Part shown: positions 1 to 10,095 of the stretch, piece after piece
How positions within the stretch are numbered: the first letter of the stretch is position 1
Layout of the letters: the number at the start of each line of letters is the position of its first letter
Assembly: GCA_965198005.1 (NCBI GenBank)
Contig: CBDAOI010000004.1
Coordinates: 512,001-576,000, forward strand
DNA: 64,000 bases
Reading direction: 5' to 3'
Source: Spirochaetia bacterium
GTDB lineage: Bacteria > Spirochaetota > Spirochaetia > SZUA-6 > Bin103
Made by a program: the position numbers and the translations under genes
Notes under the pieces: model-generated
Seen by the model: only the letters and a program-made list of their open reading frames with translations
Databases searched by the model: none
Told to the model about the DNA's origin: nothing

Positions 1-99
1 TTCCCCCTGGGGATACGACTTGGCGCCGCCAGCGACCACCCAGCGCGTGGCGTGACTCCCCCGATGCCGCGCGCCGACGATCAGGTGCTGGGCGATCGC

Positions 100-226
100 G
101 GCCACCAGTCCGCGCTCAGTCCTGGTCAAGGCCGCGACCACAACCGAGCCGATGCGATCGGCGAGTGGGTCGCGCGTAAGCACCAGCACGGGTCGGTCGC
201 CGCCCGGCGTAGCGGCGAACCAGATC

Positions 227-240
<14 letters not shown>
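100..240 (-). pseudogene. MazF/PemK-family toxin, N-terminal fragment
   Basis: Own translation from GTG at 240: VKRGEIWFAATPGGDRPVLVLTRDPLADRIGSVVVAALTRTERGLV (RGEIW / RPVLVL PemK signature). Resemblance is lost near position 100. Confidence 0.75.
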
Positions 241-669
<429 letters not shown>

Positions 670-756
670 TCATCGGCGCAGGCTCGGCTCGGCCCAGAGC
701 GAAAGGTAGATCGTCGGCCGCGACGACAATTCAGTAACCACTAGAAAGGAGACCCT

Positions 757-1653
757 ATGGCACGACCTGCAGACATCCGCGTTGTCGACCTCATGCTCGA
801 GATTCCGAGTGGTACCGCGGGTATGGGGATGCAGGCGGCGCGGCAGCTGACCCGCGACCAGGGTACTGAAGAGTTCTCTCACCATCCCGCGCAGTACCTC
901 TTCAAGGATGCGGGGGACCGCATGTCGGAGGCAGCCGACCCGCAGGCAGTCGTCGACATGATGGACGCTTACGGCGTGCAGATAGCCCAGATCGGCGTTA
1001 ACGCACGAGACCCCGAGCCTACGCTGGAGTTGTTCGACAAGTTCCCGGGCCGCTTCTTCGGGGCGGTGGGTGTCGATCCCAATACTGGAATGGAAAGTGT
1101 TCGCGCCTTGGAGGAGACCGTGAAGCTCCACCCGAACATCAAAGCCGCCTCGGCCGCCCCCTGCCTCCTGTACCCCCAAGTACCGATCGACGACAAGCGT
1201 TTCTATCCGATTTACGCCAAATGCTGCGAGCTCGGCATACCGATCAACATGCTGGTTGGCGTACCCGGGCCCCGGGTTCCGTACAAGTGCCAGTATCCGG
1301 GGCTGCTCGACGAAGTGGCCTGGTTCTTCCCGGACCTCAAGGTGGTGATGCGCCATGGCGGCGATCCGTGGACCGACCTCTGCGTGAAGCTGCTTTTGAA
1401 GTGGCCGAACCTCTACTACTCCACCACCGCCTGGGCGCCCAAGCACTACCCCCGTAACGTGCTCGAGTTCGCCAACAAGCGCGGGCCCAACAAGGTGATG
1501 TACGCCGGCTACTATCCGGGACTTTCGTACGAACGCATCTTCGGGGAGATGGACGACCTGCCGCTGCGCGATGAGGTCTGGCCCGCCTTCCTTCGCGACA
1601 ACGCGATCTCGGTGTTCGGGTTGGAGGACGTGCTGGCAATGTCCGCGTCGTGA
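757..1653 (+). CDS. Amidohydrolase_2 family metal-dependent hydrolase
   Basis: 298 aa, GGAGA RBS, motifs IDDKRFYPIYAKCCELGIPI, FPDLKVVMRHGG, NAISVF. Confidence 0.85.
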   Translation: MARPADIRVVDLMLEIPSGTAGMGMQAARQLTRDQGTEEFSHHPAQYLFKDAGDRMSEAADPQAVVDMMDAYGVQIAQIGVNARDPEPTLELFDKFPGRFFGAVGVDPNTGMESVRALEETVKLHPNIKAASAAPCLLYPQVPIDDKRFYPIYAKCCELGIPINMLVGVPGPRVPYKCQYPGLLDEVAWFFPDLKVVMRHGGDPWTDLCVKLLLKWPNLYYSTTAWAPKHYPRNVLEFANKRGPNKVMYAGYYPGLSYERIFGEMDDLPLRDEVWPAFLRDNAISVFGLEDVLAMSAS

Positions 1654-1689
1654 GGTTGCGCCGCAGGCCCACTCCATCAGCAGAAATTG

Positions 1690-2419
1690 CGCCAAAGAGA
1701 CGTTCCCGGCTGGCTGATTTCTTCATCAGTCTTCTCAAGGAGAAGCCGCTGGGTATTGCCGGTGGGATTATCCACTCTGAATCTTGTGGTCGCTGTCCTG
1801 ATCGGCGGCATCTCAGGATTCCTTGGGGGAAAAGTGGACCTGGTGGTGCAGCGCTTTATCGACGGCTGGATGGCCTTCCCGGGGTTGCTGCTCCTGCTGA
1901 CCATCATGTCCATTGTGGGGCGGGGTTTGCCCCAGATCATTGTGGTCTTGGGGGTCAGCGGAGGCATCGGCGCCTCCCGAGTCGTCAGAGGCGCTGTGAT
2001 CGGTATTAAAGAGCATGACTATTTTCTGGCCGCCAGGGCCGCGGGCACCCCCACAAGCCAAATCCTGGTCCGCCATGTCCTGCCCAACTGCCCAATATTA
2101 TGGCGCCCCTCATCATCATCTTCTCCATCAACATCGGGGGGGGGTGATTATTTCCGAGGCCTCCCTGAGCTTTCTCGGATTCGGGCTGCCCGCCGAGGTT
2201 CCCAGCTGGTGAGGCATGCTCAGCTCGGATGGACGTCGATACATGGAGCAGGCCCCCTGGCTGGCACTCTGGCCTGGTCTCTTCCTGACTATTACCGTTT
2301 ACAGTCTCAACATGCTCGGCGACGCCCTCAGGGATCTGTTCGACCCAAGACTGCGCGGCGGAGCCGGCAGTTACGGCACTGCGGTGGTGAAACGCAAAAA
2401 GGCTTCCTCTCCAGACTGA
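1690..2419 (+). pseudogene. DppC/OppC-like peptide ABC permease pseudogene (copy of 5679-6575)
   Basis: Near-identical to 5679-6575 but carries a 194-bp deletion, an 8-bp duplication (2080-2095), a longer G run and an internal TGA. Confidence 0.9.
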
Positions 2420-2569
2420 TCAACCCCTTCGCTTAGGAAGAAGTTCTCTCCCCAACCATACGGAATATACGCAATGTCCACCTACCTCAAGTATCTGCTC
2501 ACGCGAGAGCTTGAAGCGCGCCGCCACCTTGAACCGCAGCGCCGGCTGATGGGGTAATCACGATGACGC

Positions 2570-3500
2570 CGCCGGAATGTGCCGCCTCCCCCGGCGCGCG
2601 CGGGCGGATTCGGGTGCTGGCGGCTGCGACGCCGTGCGATCTCCGGACAGCCGCGCTCGCACACCGCAGTGCAACTCGGCGTCCGTCCGGGAAGGCCCCT
2701 TCCCTGCCCGCGGCGCCTGCTGGTTCTGCGCCGAACTACGTGTGTCGCACCGAACCTGCTCGCTTCCCGGGGTCGCTACTGTCCGCGCTTGCCGGTTCGG
2801 CGCCGAACCGCCGGCAGGTGCGACGCTGGAGTCGGCCGCAGCAGGACCGGACGCAGGAGAGCCGGCATCGACCGAGCCGGCGTAGCGCGACCCGCTGCGC
2901 TGCTACCAGACGATCCTCAACCACATCCGTACCACCACCACAGACAGTCCGAGCGCCACTCCGGTCCGGGACCCGCGCCGCCTGTTGGTTCTGCGCACAA
3001 CCGGGTGTGGTCCGCTGGTCGTGCTCGCTCCCCGGGGCCGCTACTACCAGCTCCGCTCGCCGGTTCTGCGCCGAACTGTCGGCGCGCGCGACGCCGGGGC
3101 CGGCGACCGCCGGAGCGGCAGTGAAACAGCTCGCATCGACCGAGCCGGCGGCGACCGGAGCGGGTGCGGGGCTGCCAGCAACCGGACCCGCGGCAACCGA
3201 ACTGCGGGCAGCCGCGGTCGCGGGCACCCCCTCGCCAGGCGCTCCGGCGGCGCAAGTCGACGAGCCGGCCTTGGATGCAACCGCGGCCACCACATCACCG
3301 GTAGCCCGGTGTTCGTCGGTGACGGCGAGATGCTGCGCGCACGTCTCGGCGGGCCGCGCCGGCACCGCCGCCCCCCGCTTGGCGCGACTCCGCTCCCGAT
3401 TCTCCGCCAAGCGCATCCATTACTGTAGTTCAGCTCCCGTACCGCGTACGCGAACAGACTCGGATAGCCACGTTCTTCGTACAGCTCACGGCGCTTAACT
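2570..3500 (-). pseudogene. Decayed HNH-endonuclease-type gene (DUF222-like N-terminus) with repetitive linker
   Basis: RRELYEERGYPSLFAYAVRELNYSNGCAWRRIG at about 3400-3500, then a low-complexity linker, then GRRHIPAA (start of the HNH-proximal motif) at about 2570-2590, where it is cut. Confidence 0.6.
2716..3150. repeat. Diverged ~265-bp tandem duplication with GGTTC(T/G)GCGCCGAAC subrepeats
   Basis: 2716-2810 aligns with 2981-3077. GCATCGACCGAGCCGGCG occurs at about 2865 and about 3133. Confidence 0.7.
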
Positions 3501-3709
3501 CGTTCCTCTCCTTCGCGGTCTCGAAGTTCCCCGACGAACAGCTGCACCATTTTCTCCGTGAATCGCTGCCCGACCGCAACTTTACCAGCGGTCAACTCCT
3601 GTCCGGCATCGAGTCGAAGACCATGCAGGCCAACGAGGATCTGTTCGAAATCGCCAAGCTGGTTCGGGCTCGCGACGAGCTTACGTATCTGGTAATCGTA
3701 ACGTCCGTC

Positions 3710-3930
3710 AGGTGCAGGTTCTCATCAACCTTGGATTCCACACTGATCACGATTTACGCGCAGAGAGGACAACAACGCGATCCCGCGCCAGATCCGCAGC
3801 GTACTGAAGCGCGGCCTGTATGTCTGGCTCCTCAACGTTGTAGCCGTGAACGATCGCCTCTGTTGTCTCTCCCGCGGCAATGTTGTCGAGGATTACCGAC
3901 ACCATGACCCTCGTACCCCGGATGCACGGC
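3710..3930 (-). pseudogene. DUF433 C-terminal portion followed by the first codons of a DUF5615/PIN-like toxin
   Basis: ...EEPDIQAALQYAADLARDRVVVLSARKS* (stop at 3747), then GTG at 3741 giving MESKVDENLH (resembles the xKxDENL PIN-like start). Confidence 0.7.
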
Positions 3931-4032
3931 TGCCCGTGATCGCCGCTCGATCCAAGACTCAGGGGCGGCGCGCCACTGACCTGATGCAGGCAGGATGCCC
4001 GGTCGGTGACCGGGGGCGGAGCGCTGCGGCAC

Positions 4033-4470
4033 TCAGGGGTCGCTAGCAGCCGGTGCCGCCCACGGGTCGATCAGTTCCAGGCCGCACGCTTCGAAGTCGG
4101 TGATGTTCCGTGTCGCCAGTTGGCATCGACGAGCGCGGGCCACCGCGGCGATCTGGCCGTCAACGACGCTCATCGGGCGGCCGATCTCACGGCGCGAGCC
4201 CATGATCTCACCGTAGATCGAGGCCGCGCCCCAATCGAAATCGAGCACGCGCTCGGCAAATCCGCTGGATACGAATCGGTCGAAACGGTGTTGGAGATCG
4301 TCTCGGCGATGACCCCGCGGCAGAATCCTGATCCCGTACCTGATTTCCGCTATCGAGACGGCGGCGAGATGCAGGAGCGAGGATGGTTGATGGTTCATCC
4401 ATCGCACCACGGCAGGCTCGGGAGCGGGACGCATCAACTCCGACACCACGTTGGTGTCGATCAGGATCAT
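4033..4470 (-). CDS. VapC/FitB PIN-domain toxin
   Basis: MILIDTNVVSEL...EIRYGI...DGQIAAVA...LATRNITDF...DPW, a complete PIN signature. Overlaps the antitoxin stop. Confidence 0.92.
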   Translation of the reverse strand: MILIDTNVVSELMRPAPEPAVVRWMNHQPSSLLHLAAVSIAEIRYGIRILPRGHRRDDLQHRFDRFVSSGFAERVLDFDWGAASIYGEIMGSRREIGRPMSVVDGQIAAVARARRCQLATRNITDFEACGLELIDPWAAPAASDP

Positions 4471-4700
4471 GGTGCCACGCGCACGGGTTGGTGTGGTGCC
4501 CGGTCGGGTAGTTCGAGATCTACTCCGTGAGCCGGCCCGAACAACTGCACTGCCAGGTCACCGATACTCTCCGGTGCTGCAACCGCCTGCCTGATGATCC
4601 GTCTCGTCTCTTCTTCCATGGATCGGCCGTTCCGCGCCGCGCGCAGCCGCAGCCTCCGGATCGTCTCCTCGTCCAAACGCCTAACACTCAGATTGCTCAT
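4467..4700 (-). CDS. FitA-like ribbon-helix-helix antitoxin
   Basis: MSNLSVRRLDEETIRRLRLRAARNGRSMEEETRRII. ATG at 4700 with GGAG upstream. Confidence 0.9.
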   Translation of the reverse strand: MSNLSVRRLDEETIRRLRLRAARNGRSMEEETRRIIRQAVAAPESIGDLAVQLFGPAHGVDLELPDRAPHQPVRVAP

Positions 4701-4747
4701 CGCATGCTCCGTAGAGTTTGTCCAACCAACCACTAATGCTACTAATG

Positions 4748-4939
4748 CTATCGTCTGCCGGCAACGCAATCAAGCGCCTGCCGCCGTGGGGGCCGACTCG
4801 GGCGCAACGCGGAATGGGGGCGCCGGAAGCCACGGCGGGCGAGCGTGGGCAAAGCGCTTCCCAAGCTGCTGCCGTCCCTTTGAGCGAGCGCCCGGGCAAC
4901 GGCGAGCACGTCATCGTCGATCATCACGGCGGTACGCAC
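4748..4939 (-). pseudogene. VapB/CopG-like antitoxin, orphan and probably truncated
   Basis: MRTAVMIDDDVLAVARALAQRDGSSLGSALPTLARRG resembles MRTTxxIDDDVL antitoxins. No cognate toxin follows. Confidence 0.65.
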
Positions 4940-4984
4940 GAATACATCGTCGCATTAACGCATCATCACATCAAGGAGCATGCG

Positions 4985-5222
4985 CTACATCGCGATCAAT
5001 CCCCAGCAGATGGATCGATTTCGTGACCGGTTTACGGCGTCCGGCGCCAAGGATGACCGCCGCGATGCGCGGGTGTTGGCGGACTCGCTGCGCACTGATC
5101 GACGCAGCTTTCGTGAGCTGCAGCTGCAGGCACCGCCGGTGATCGAGTTGCGGGAATGGTCGCGCATGTCTGGCGAGCTGCAGGAGGAACGCAACCGGCT
5201 GATCAATCGCGGTCGCTGGTGA
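4985..5222 (+). mobile_element. IS110-family transposase fragment
   Basis: INPQQMDRFRDRF...GAKDDRRDARVLA...ELQEERNRLINR, the KxDxxDA motif of the DEDD domain. Confidence 0.8.
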
Positions 5223-5259
5223 GATCAATCGGCGATGTCCTACGCCAGCGCCTGGGTCA

Positions 5260-5397
5260 ACGTCCCCCCACCCGCATCAAGCCCTCGTTCATCCAGCCAA
5301 CGACTCAGATGCGCCATCGCATGCAACAGAGCCCGAGCCGCACCGTTGGCCTAGCCTTGCCGCTTCAGCTCCGCCGTTAAGCCTCTTCGATATGGCT
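5260..5397 (-). pseudogene. Tyrosine recombinase (RIT RitA-like) N-terminal remnant
   Basis: Own translation: PYRRGLTAELKRQG*ANGAARALLHAMAHLSRWLDERGLDAG, with an in-frame TAG. Confidence 0.5.
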
Positions 5398-5424
5398 ACG
5401 AGAGGTCAGCAACGCGCGCAGCAG

Positions 5425-5540
5425 CCTGCGGGCTGCGCCGCGGTCGGCTGCTGGACCACCGCTGCACCATCGACGCGACCGGGGACCGGCATGAATACGA
5501 GTGGGTTACCGGGGTGCCGCTGAACGGCAACCCCCGCAGG
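5425..5540 (+). mobile_element. Possible DDE transposase remnant
   Basis: DRHEYEWVTGVPLNGNP resembles the YxWvxxVPLN motif of unclassified DDE transposases. Very short. Confidence 0.3.
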
Positions 5541-5686
5541 GTCGTCTCTTTGTGGTGGCACTCGAAGACAGAGACTACCCTGTGGTCTCCGGAATCAACC
5601 TGTTTGTTGCCACCGCGGTGGTGCTGTTCAATCTCCTCATCGACCTGGTCTATTCTTATTTGGACCCGAGGGTCAGGTATGAATAA
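5541..5686 (+). pseudogene. DppB-like permease C-terminal fragment
   Basis: GRLFVVALEDRDYPVVSGINL...LIDLVYSYLDPRVRYE*. Confidence 0.85.
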
Positions 5687-6575
5687 TGCGCGGGGCAGGT
5701 TTGCGGATTTCTTCATCAGGCTTCTCAAGGAGAAGCCGCTGGGTATTGCCGGTGGGATTATCATAGTGCTCTTGATTCTGGTGTCGATCTTCGCCGATGT
5801 TCTGGCTCCCTATCGCTATACGGAAATGCACCTGGTAGACAGGCTGCAGGGCCCGTCAGCCCGGTATCTGCTGGGTACCGACCAGTTGGGGCGAGACCTC
5901 CTGAGCCGCCTGATCGTCGGGGCTCGCATTTCCATGCTGGTCGGCCTGGCAGCGACCACTCTGAATCTTGTGGTCGCTGTCCTGATCGGCGGCATCTCAG
6001 GATTCCTTGGGGGAAAAGTGGACCTGGTGGTGCAGCGCTTTATCGACGGCTGGATGGCCTTCCCGGGGTTGCTGCTCCTGCTGACCATCATGTCCATTGT
6101 GGGGCGGGGTTTGCCCCAGATCATTGTGGTCTTGGGGGTCACCGGAGGCATCGGCGGCTCCCGAGTCGTCAGGGGCGCTGTGATCGGTATTAAGGAGAAT
6201 GACTATTTTCTGGCCGCCAGGGCCGCGGGCACCCCCACAAGCCAAATCCTGGTCCGCCATGTGCTGCCCAATATTATGGCGCCCCTCATCATCATCTTCT
6301 CCATCAACATCGGGGGGGTGATTATTTCCGAGGCCTCCCTGAGCTTTCTCGGATTCGGGCTGCCCAGCGAGGTTCCCAGCTGGGGAGGCATGCTCAGCTC
6401 GGATGGACGTCGATACATGGAGCAGGCCCCCTGGCTGGCACTCTGGCCGGGTCTCTTCCTGACTATTACCGTTTACAGTCTCAACATGCTCGGCGACGCC
6501 CTCAGGGATCTGTTCGACCCGCGGCTGAGGGGTGGCGGGGGACGCCTGGGAGCCGATGCCGCCAGGTCGGTCTAA
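5679..6575 (+). CDS. Peptide/nickel ABC transporter permease (DppC/OppC)
   Basis: LGTDQLGRDLLSR, EAA-like YFLAARAAG, RHVLPN, EASLSFLGFG, LGDALRDLFDPR. Start overlaps the upstream permease stop. Confidence 0.93.
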   Translation: MNNARGRFADFFIRLLKEKPLGIAGGIIIVLLILVSIFADVLAPYRYTEMHLVDRLQGPSARYLLGTDQLGRDLLSRLIVGARISMLVGLAATTLNLVVAVLIGGISGFLGGKVDLVVQRFIDGWMAFPGLLLLLTIMSIVGRGLPQIIVVLGVTGGIGGSRVVRGAVIGIKENDYFLAARAAGTPTSQILVRHVLPNIMAPLIIIFSINIGGVIISEASLSFLGFGLPSEVPSWGGMLSSDGRRYMEQAPWLALWPGLFLTITVYSLNMLGDALRDLFDPRLRGGGGRLGADAARSV

Positions 6576-6579
6576 GTCT

Positions 6580-6690
6580 AAGAGGACCGACAGGGCGTCG
6601 ACCAGGTCCGATTGAAACTCCCACACGTAGGGCTCGATCGCGTGAACCAGGGCATCGTATCCGCCGTCGGCGGTTACGGTCGGCGGCAAC
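6580..6690 (-). pseudogene. Iron-containing alcohol dehydrogenase fragment
   Basis: PPTVTADGGYDALVHAIEPYV matches the TAxxGxDALxHAIExY motif. Confidence 0.65.
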
Positions 6691-6791
6691 GATACGGTCA
6701 GTTTCGGACGGAGAAAACGTCAAGAACCGGGCTCAGAACCCACTCAGTTCGTCATCCTGAGCGGCGAAGCCGATTTGCGGCCCCCGGCCGG

Positions 6792-6965
6792 TCAGGAAGG
6801 CAGTCGGCGGAACGCCCGCCGTCGCCCCGGCCCATACCGATAGAACAGGAAGTGCGCATTGAACGCGAAATGCGTCCGTGATCCCCAGCCGCTCCATCAA
6901 GGCGAATGTGGTGCAGTCAACAAAGCTGAACGTCTGGTCGGGGAACGCCTGGACATAAGCACACA
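6792..6965 (-). pseudogene. PIN/VapC toxin C-terminal fragment, frameshifted
   Basis: FPDQTFSFVDCTTFALMERLGITDAF, frameshift, then AFNAHFLFYRYGPGRRRAFRRLPS*. Confidence 0.7.
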
Positions 6966-6983
6966 TACGCTTATGATGGATGT

Positions 6984-7208
6984 ATGAGTACAACTCGATG
7001 GTCGCTGGTGGTCTCCGAAGCAACTGACCGCGCCCTGCGTACCTTCCTTGCGAGTCGGGGACTGAAGAAAGGGCATCTCTCGCAGTTTGTTGAGGACGCC
7101 GTGAGAGAGAAGCTGTTCGATCTGACCGTCGCAGAAGTCAAAGAGCGAAACGCGGGACAAACCGATGCTGTCATGCAGGCCGTCGAGGAGGCTCTCGAGC
7201 GAGCGTGA
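6984..7208 (+). CDS. Ribbon-helix-helix antitoxin-like protein
   Basis: MSTTRWSLVVSEATDRALRTFLASRGLKKGHLSQFVEDAVR, directly upstream of a PIN gene. Confidence 0.8.
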   Translation: MSTTRWSLVVSEATDRALRTFLASRGLKKGHLSQFVEDAVREKLFDLTVAEVKERNAGQTDAVMQAVEEALERA

Positions 7209-7211
7209 GGC

Positions 7212-7610
7212 GTGCGTGTTGTGCTCGACACCGGAATCCTCGTTGCCGCTCTGATCACACGGGACACACCCCCAGACCAACTGTACCAGCTGTGGCGCAA
7301 ACGCCGGTTCACGCTGATCACGTCCGAGCCGCAGTTAAGCGAGTTCCGGCGCGTCACTCGTTACCCGAAGCTGCGTCGGTCCCTGAAGGCTCACGAAGCG
7401 GGGACCCTCCTGCGCGGGGTGCGTGCGCGAGCTGTTGTTGTCCCAGAGCTGCCACAGATCGATCTTGTCGACGACCCCGACGACAATCTCGTGCTTGCCA
7501 CTGCCCTCGCCGGCGAGGCTGACTATCTGGTCACCGGAGATCGGCGTCACCTACTGCACCTGAAGAAGGTGCAGCAGACGAGGATTGGAATAAGATCGGC
7601 ATTGATGTAG
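7212..7610 (+). CDS. PIN-family putative toxin (PIN_3 type), last residues replaced
   Basis: MRVVLDTGILVAAL...DDPDDNLVLATALAGEADYLVTGDRRHLL. The 3' end is fused to an SBP fragment at about 7585. Confidence 0.85.
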   Translation: MRVVLDTGILVAALITRDTPPDQLYQLWRKRRFTLITSEPQLSEFRRVTRYPKLRRSLKAHEAGTLLRGVRARAVVVPELPQIDLVDDPDDNLVLATALAGEADYLVTGDRRHLLHLKKVQQTRIGIRSALM

Positions 7611-8027
7611 AGATTGATGTACCGCCAGTAGCGAACTTTGTCGCTAGAAGAAGTGAGAGGGATTTCGAAATGATGAGTGCGGAAGCGGCCAATAGGTGGT
7701 TCCCATTGGCAGTGCAAACTCGCTATACGACGGCCTCATGTTGCAACAGCTCCAATGTCAACGACCCGTGGTATGAAGCCAAGTATGAAGAGGGCACAGC
7801 CGCTACCACCATCGAGGAGCAAAACAGGATAGTTGGAGAGTTGAATCAGTATGCGATAGAGAAGTTCTGGACGATATGGGGTGGTATAGGCCCACAGTAT
7901 GTGGCGATCCAGCCGTGGGTCATAGGTTATAACGGTGAATTGATGTTGTCAGTCATCAATCAATTATAACACCGTCTTCACCCGCCTCTGGATTGATAGT
8001 GAGCTAAAGAAGGCAATGGGTCATTAG
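7586..8027 (+). pseudogene. Family-5 ABC substrate-binding protein C-terminal fragment
   Basis: WNKIGIDVEID...QPWVIGYNGE, frameshift, then VFTRLWIDSELKKAMGH*. Confidence 0.8.
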
Positions 8028-8060
8028 AGGGAGATCACCCCTACTGGCCTAAGTTCGAAA

Positions 8061-8118
8061 GGGGGCTGGGAGGTTTCGTTCGGAGCACCGCTTCCGAGCG
8101 CGCTCCCGGCCCCTCCCT
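8061..8118 (+). terminator. Long stem-loop between SBP and permease genes
   Basis: GGGGGCTGGGAG pairs with CTCCCGGCCCCC, with an inner stem CGTTCGGAGC/GCTTCCGAGCG. No U tract. Confidence 0.55.
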
Positions 8119-8138
8119 CATTGAGTAACGTGTCCCCA

Positions 8139-8810
8139 ATGAAAGCCTATATCATCAGGCGGCTATTGCTGATCATGCCCACGCTGTTCATCTTGAGCAT
8201 CCTGGTCTTTCTCTCGGTCCGCTTCATCCCCGGAGATGTAGTAGACGTAATGATAGGTAGGATGGAATACCAAACGATGGGGGCGCTTGACCGTGAAGCC
8301 GTTGAGCGCCGGCTGGGATTGGACGTGCCTGCGTGCTCGGCGCTGGTGAGCAGCTTGAGCTTGCGGCGGAGGGTCGAGATTGATGCTCTTACCTACGCCG
8401 AATATCATGAGAGGATGTTCTCGCGTACTGGGGAAGGCATGTACAGCGGTATGACGCCCAGGCGCTGCGGCCAACCAATTCAACCCTGTCTACATGGCAA
8501 ACGATTATCACACGGATCACCACTGGAACCGCGGCCGGTCCAGTGGCCTGAGCTGGATGTCAGGGTTGACGCCGTCAATGGAGCCCGTACGACTGAGGAG
8601 CAGCAGCGGCTGATTGCCGAGGCAGATAGGTACGCGATGTCGCGGCACTGGCTGATATATGGTCCAAAATCCCCTTCATTCTATTTGGCCCAGCCATGGC
8701 TCGTCGGCTATAACGGTGAACTGGACGGGGCCTTGTCCAGGGTGGAATCGAATACCCTGTTTGCCCGCCTCTGGATCGATAGTGCGCTGAAGAAAGAAAT
8801 GGGGTACTAG
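8139..8810 (+). pseudogene. Chimera of a DppB N-terminus (8139-~8330) and an SBP C-terminus (~8350-8810)
   Basis: MKAYIIRRLLLIMPTLF...LGLDVP joined to ...QPWLVGYNGE...LFARLWIDSALKKEMGY*. Confidence 0.85.
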
Positions 8811-8816
8811 CGGGTT

Positions 8817-8863
8817 TCGAGCTGGGGAGGCTGTCGCTTCCGAGCGCGCTCCCCAGCACTCGA
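8817..8863 (+). terminator. Second SBP-permease intergenic stem-loop
   Basis: GCTGGGGAG/CTCCCCAGC stem. Shares CGCTTCCGAGCGCGCTCCC with 8061-8118. Confidence 0.5.
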
Positions 8864-8939
8864 CTGCCAAGCACGTCCACCACCCCAGGCCGCCGTTGCC
8901 AGGGAGCGGCAGCGACCAGGCAACCACTGCGAGTCTGTC

Positions 8940-9899
8940 ATGAAAGCCTACGTCATCCGGCGGTTACTGCTGATCGTTCCGACCCTGTTCATCTTGAGCA
9001 TCCTGGTCTTTCTCTCGGTGCGCTTCCTTCCCGGCGATGCCATCGACGCGATGTTGGGTAAGCAGGAGTTCATTAGTGGGAACATAGATCGTGAAGCGCT
9101 TGAGCATATGCTCGGTCTGGACGTGCCCGGCCACGTGCAGTATGGACGCTGGATCGGAGGTATCCTCCAGCACGGCAGCCTCGGCCACTCACTGTTTGGC
9201 AGCCGTGGAGCGGTGGAGGAGAAGATAATCGACCGGCTGCCGGTAACCATCGAGCTCGGTGTGCTGGCAATTCTCATCGGGCTGGTGATAGCGCTGCCGG
9301 TCGGCATCTACTCGGCGATGCGCCAGGATACGGCCGCCGACTACGTGGGGCGGTCGGTCGCCATCCTCGGTCTGGCCACGCCCAACTTCTGGCTGGCAAC
9401 CATGGTCGTGCTGTACCCGTCACTCTGGTGGGCGTGGTCGCCGCCGATGAATTGGGTTCCTTTCAGCGAAGACCCGCTCGGGAATCTGGGGGTGTTCATC
9501 CTCCCCAGCCTGATTCTGGGCACGGCTCTGGCCGCCGCCACCATGCGCATGACGCGCACCATGATGCTGGAGGTGCTGCGCCAGGATTTTATCAGGACGG
9601 CCTGGGCCAAGGGGCTCCGGGAGCGGGTCGTGGTGCTGCGGCATGCTGTCAAGAATGCCCTGATCCCGGTGGTGACCCTGATCGGTCTGCAGTTGCCGAT
9701 TCTGATAGGTGGCTCGGTCATCATGGAGAACATCTTCAACCTGCCGGGATTGGGTCGTCTCATGCTGACTGCGCTGGAGGATCGAGACTACCCGGTGGTC
9801 TCCGGGGTCAACCTGTCCTTCGCGGCGGCGGTGGTGCTGTTCAATCTCCTGATCGACTTGCTCTACACCTGGCTGGACCCGAGGGTGCGGTATGACTGA
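8940..9899 (+). CDS. Peptide/nickel ABC transporter permease (DppB/OppB)
   Basis: Full length, with RLPVTIEL, QDFIRTAWAKGL, HAVKNALIPV, RDYPVV, LDPRVRY. Confidence 0.95.
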   Translation: MKAYVIRRLLLIVPTLFILSILVFLSVRFLPGDAIDAMLGKQEFISGNIDREALEHMLGLDVPGHVQYGRWIGGILQHGSLGHSLFGSRGAVEEKIIDRLPVTIELGVLAILIGLVIALPVGIYSAMRQDTAADYVGRSVAILGLATPNFWLATMVVLYPSLWWAWSPPMNWVPFSEDPLGNLGVFILPSLILGTALAAATMRMTRTMMLEVLRQDFIRTAWAKGLRERVVVLRHAVKNALIPVVTLIGLQLPILIGGSVIMENIFNLPGLGRLMLTALEDRDYPVVSGVNLSFAAAVVLFNLLIDLLYTWLDPRVRYD

Positions 9900-10095
9900 C
9901 GCGCGGGGCCAGTTTGCCGATTTCTTCGGCAGGTTGTGGCGGCAGAAGCCCTTTGGGATCGCCAGCGGGATCGTCATCTTGATCCTGATTCTGTTGGCGA
10001 TCTTTGCCGATGCTTTGGCCCCCTATCCGTTCGATCAGCTGAACCTGGCAGACCGGCTACAGGGCCCGTCGGCCCGCCATCTGCTGGGGACCGAC
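9892..10095 (+). pseudogene. DppC N-terminal fragment
   Basis: MTDARGQFADFF...PSARHLLGTD, then an abrupt switch to foreign sequence. Confidence 0.85.

Noticed and set aside
2474..2557. Short ORF resembling an IstB N-terminus (MSTYLKYLLTRELEARR)
   Set aside because: Too short to support a call.
6750..6775. REP-like GTCATCCTGAGCGGCGAAG
   Set aside because: Single partial copy with no second arm in the window.
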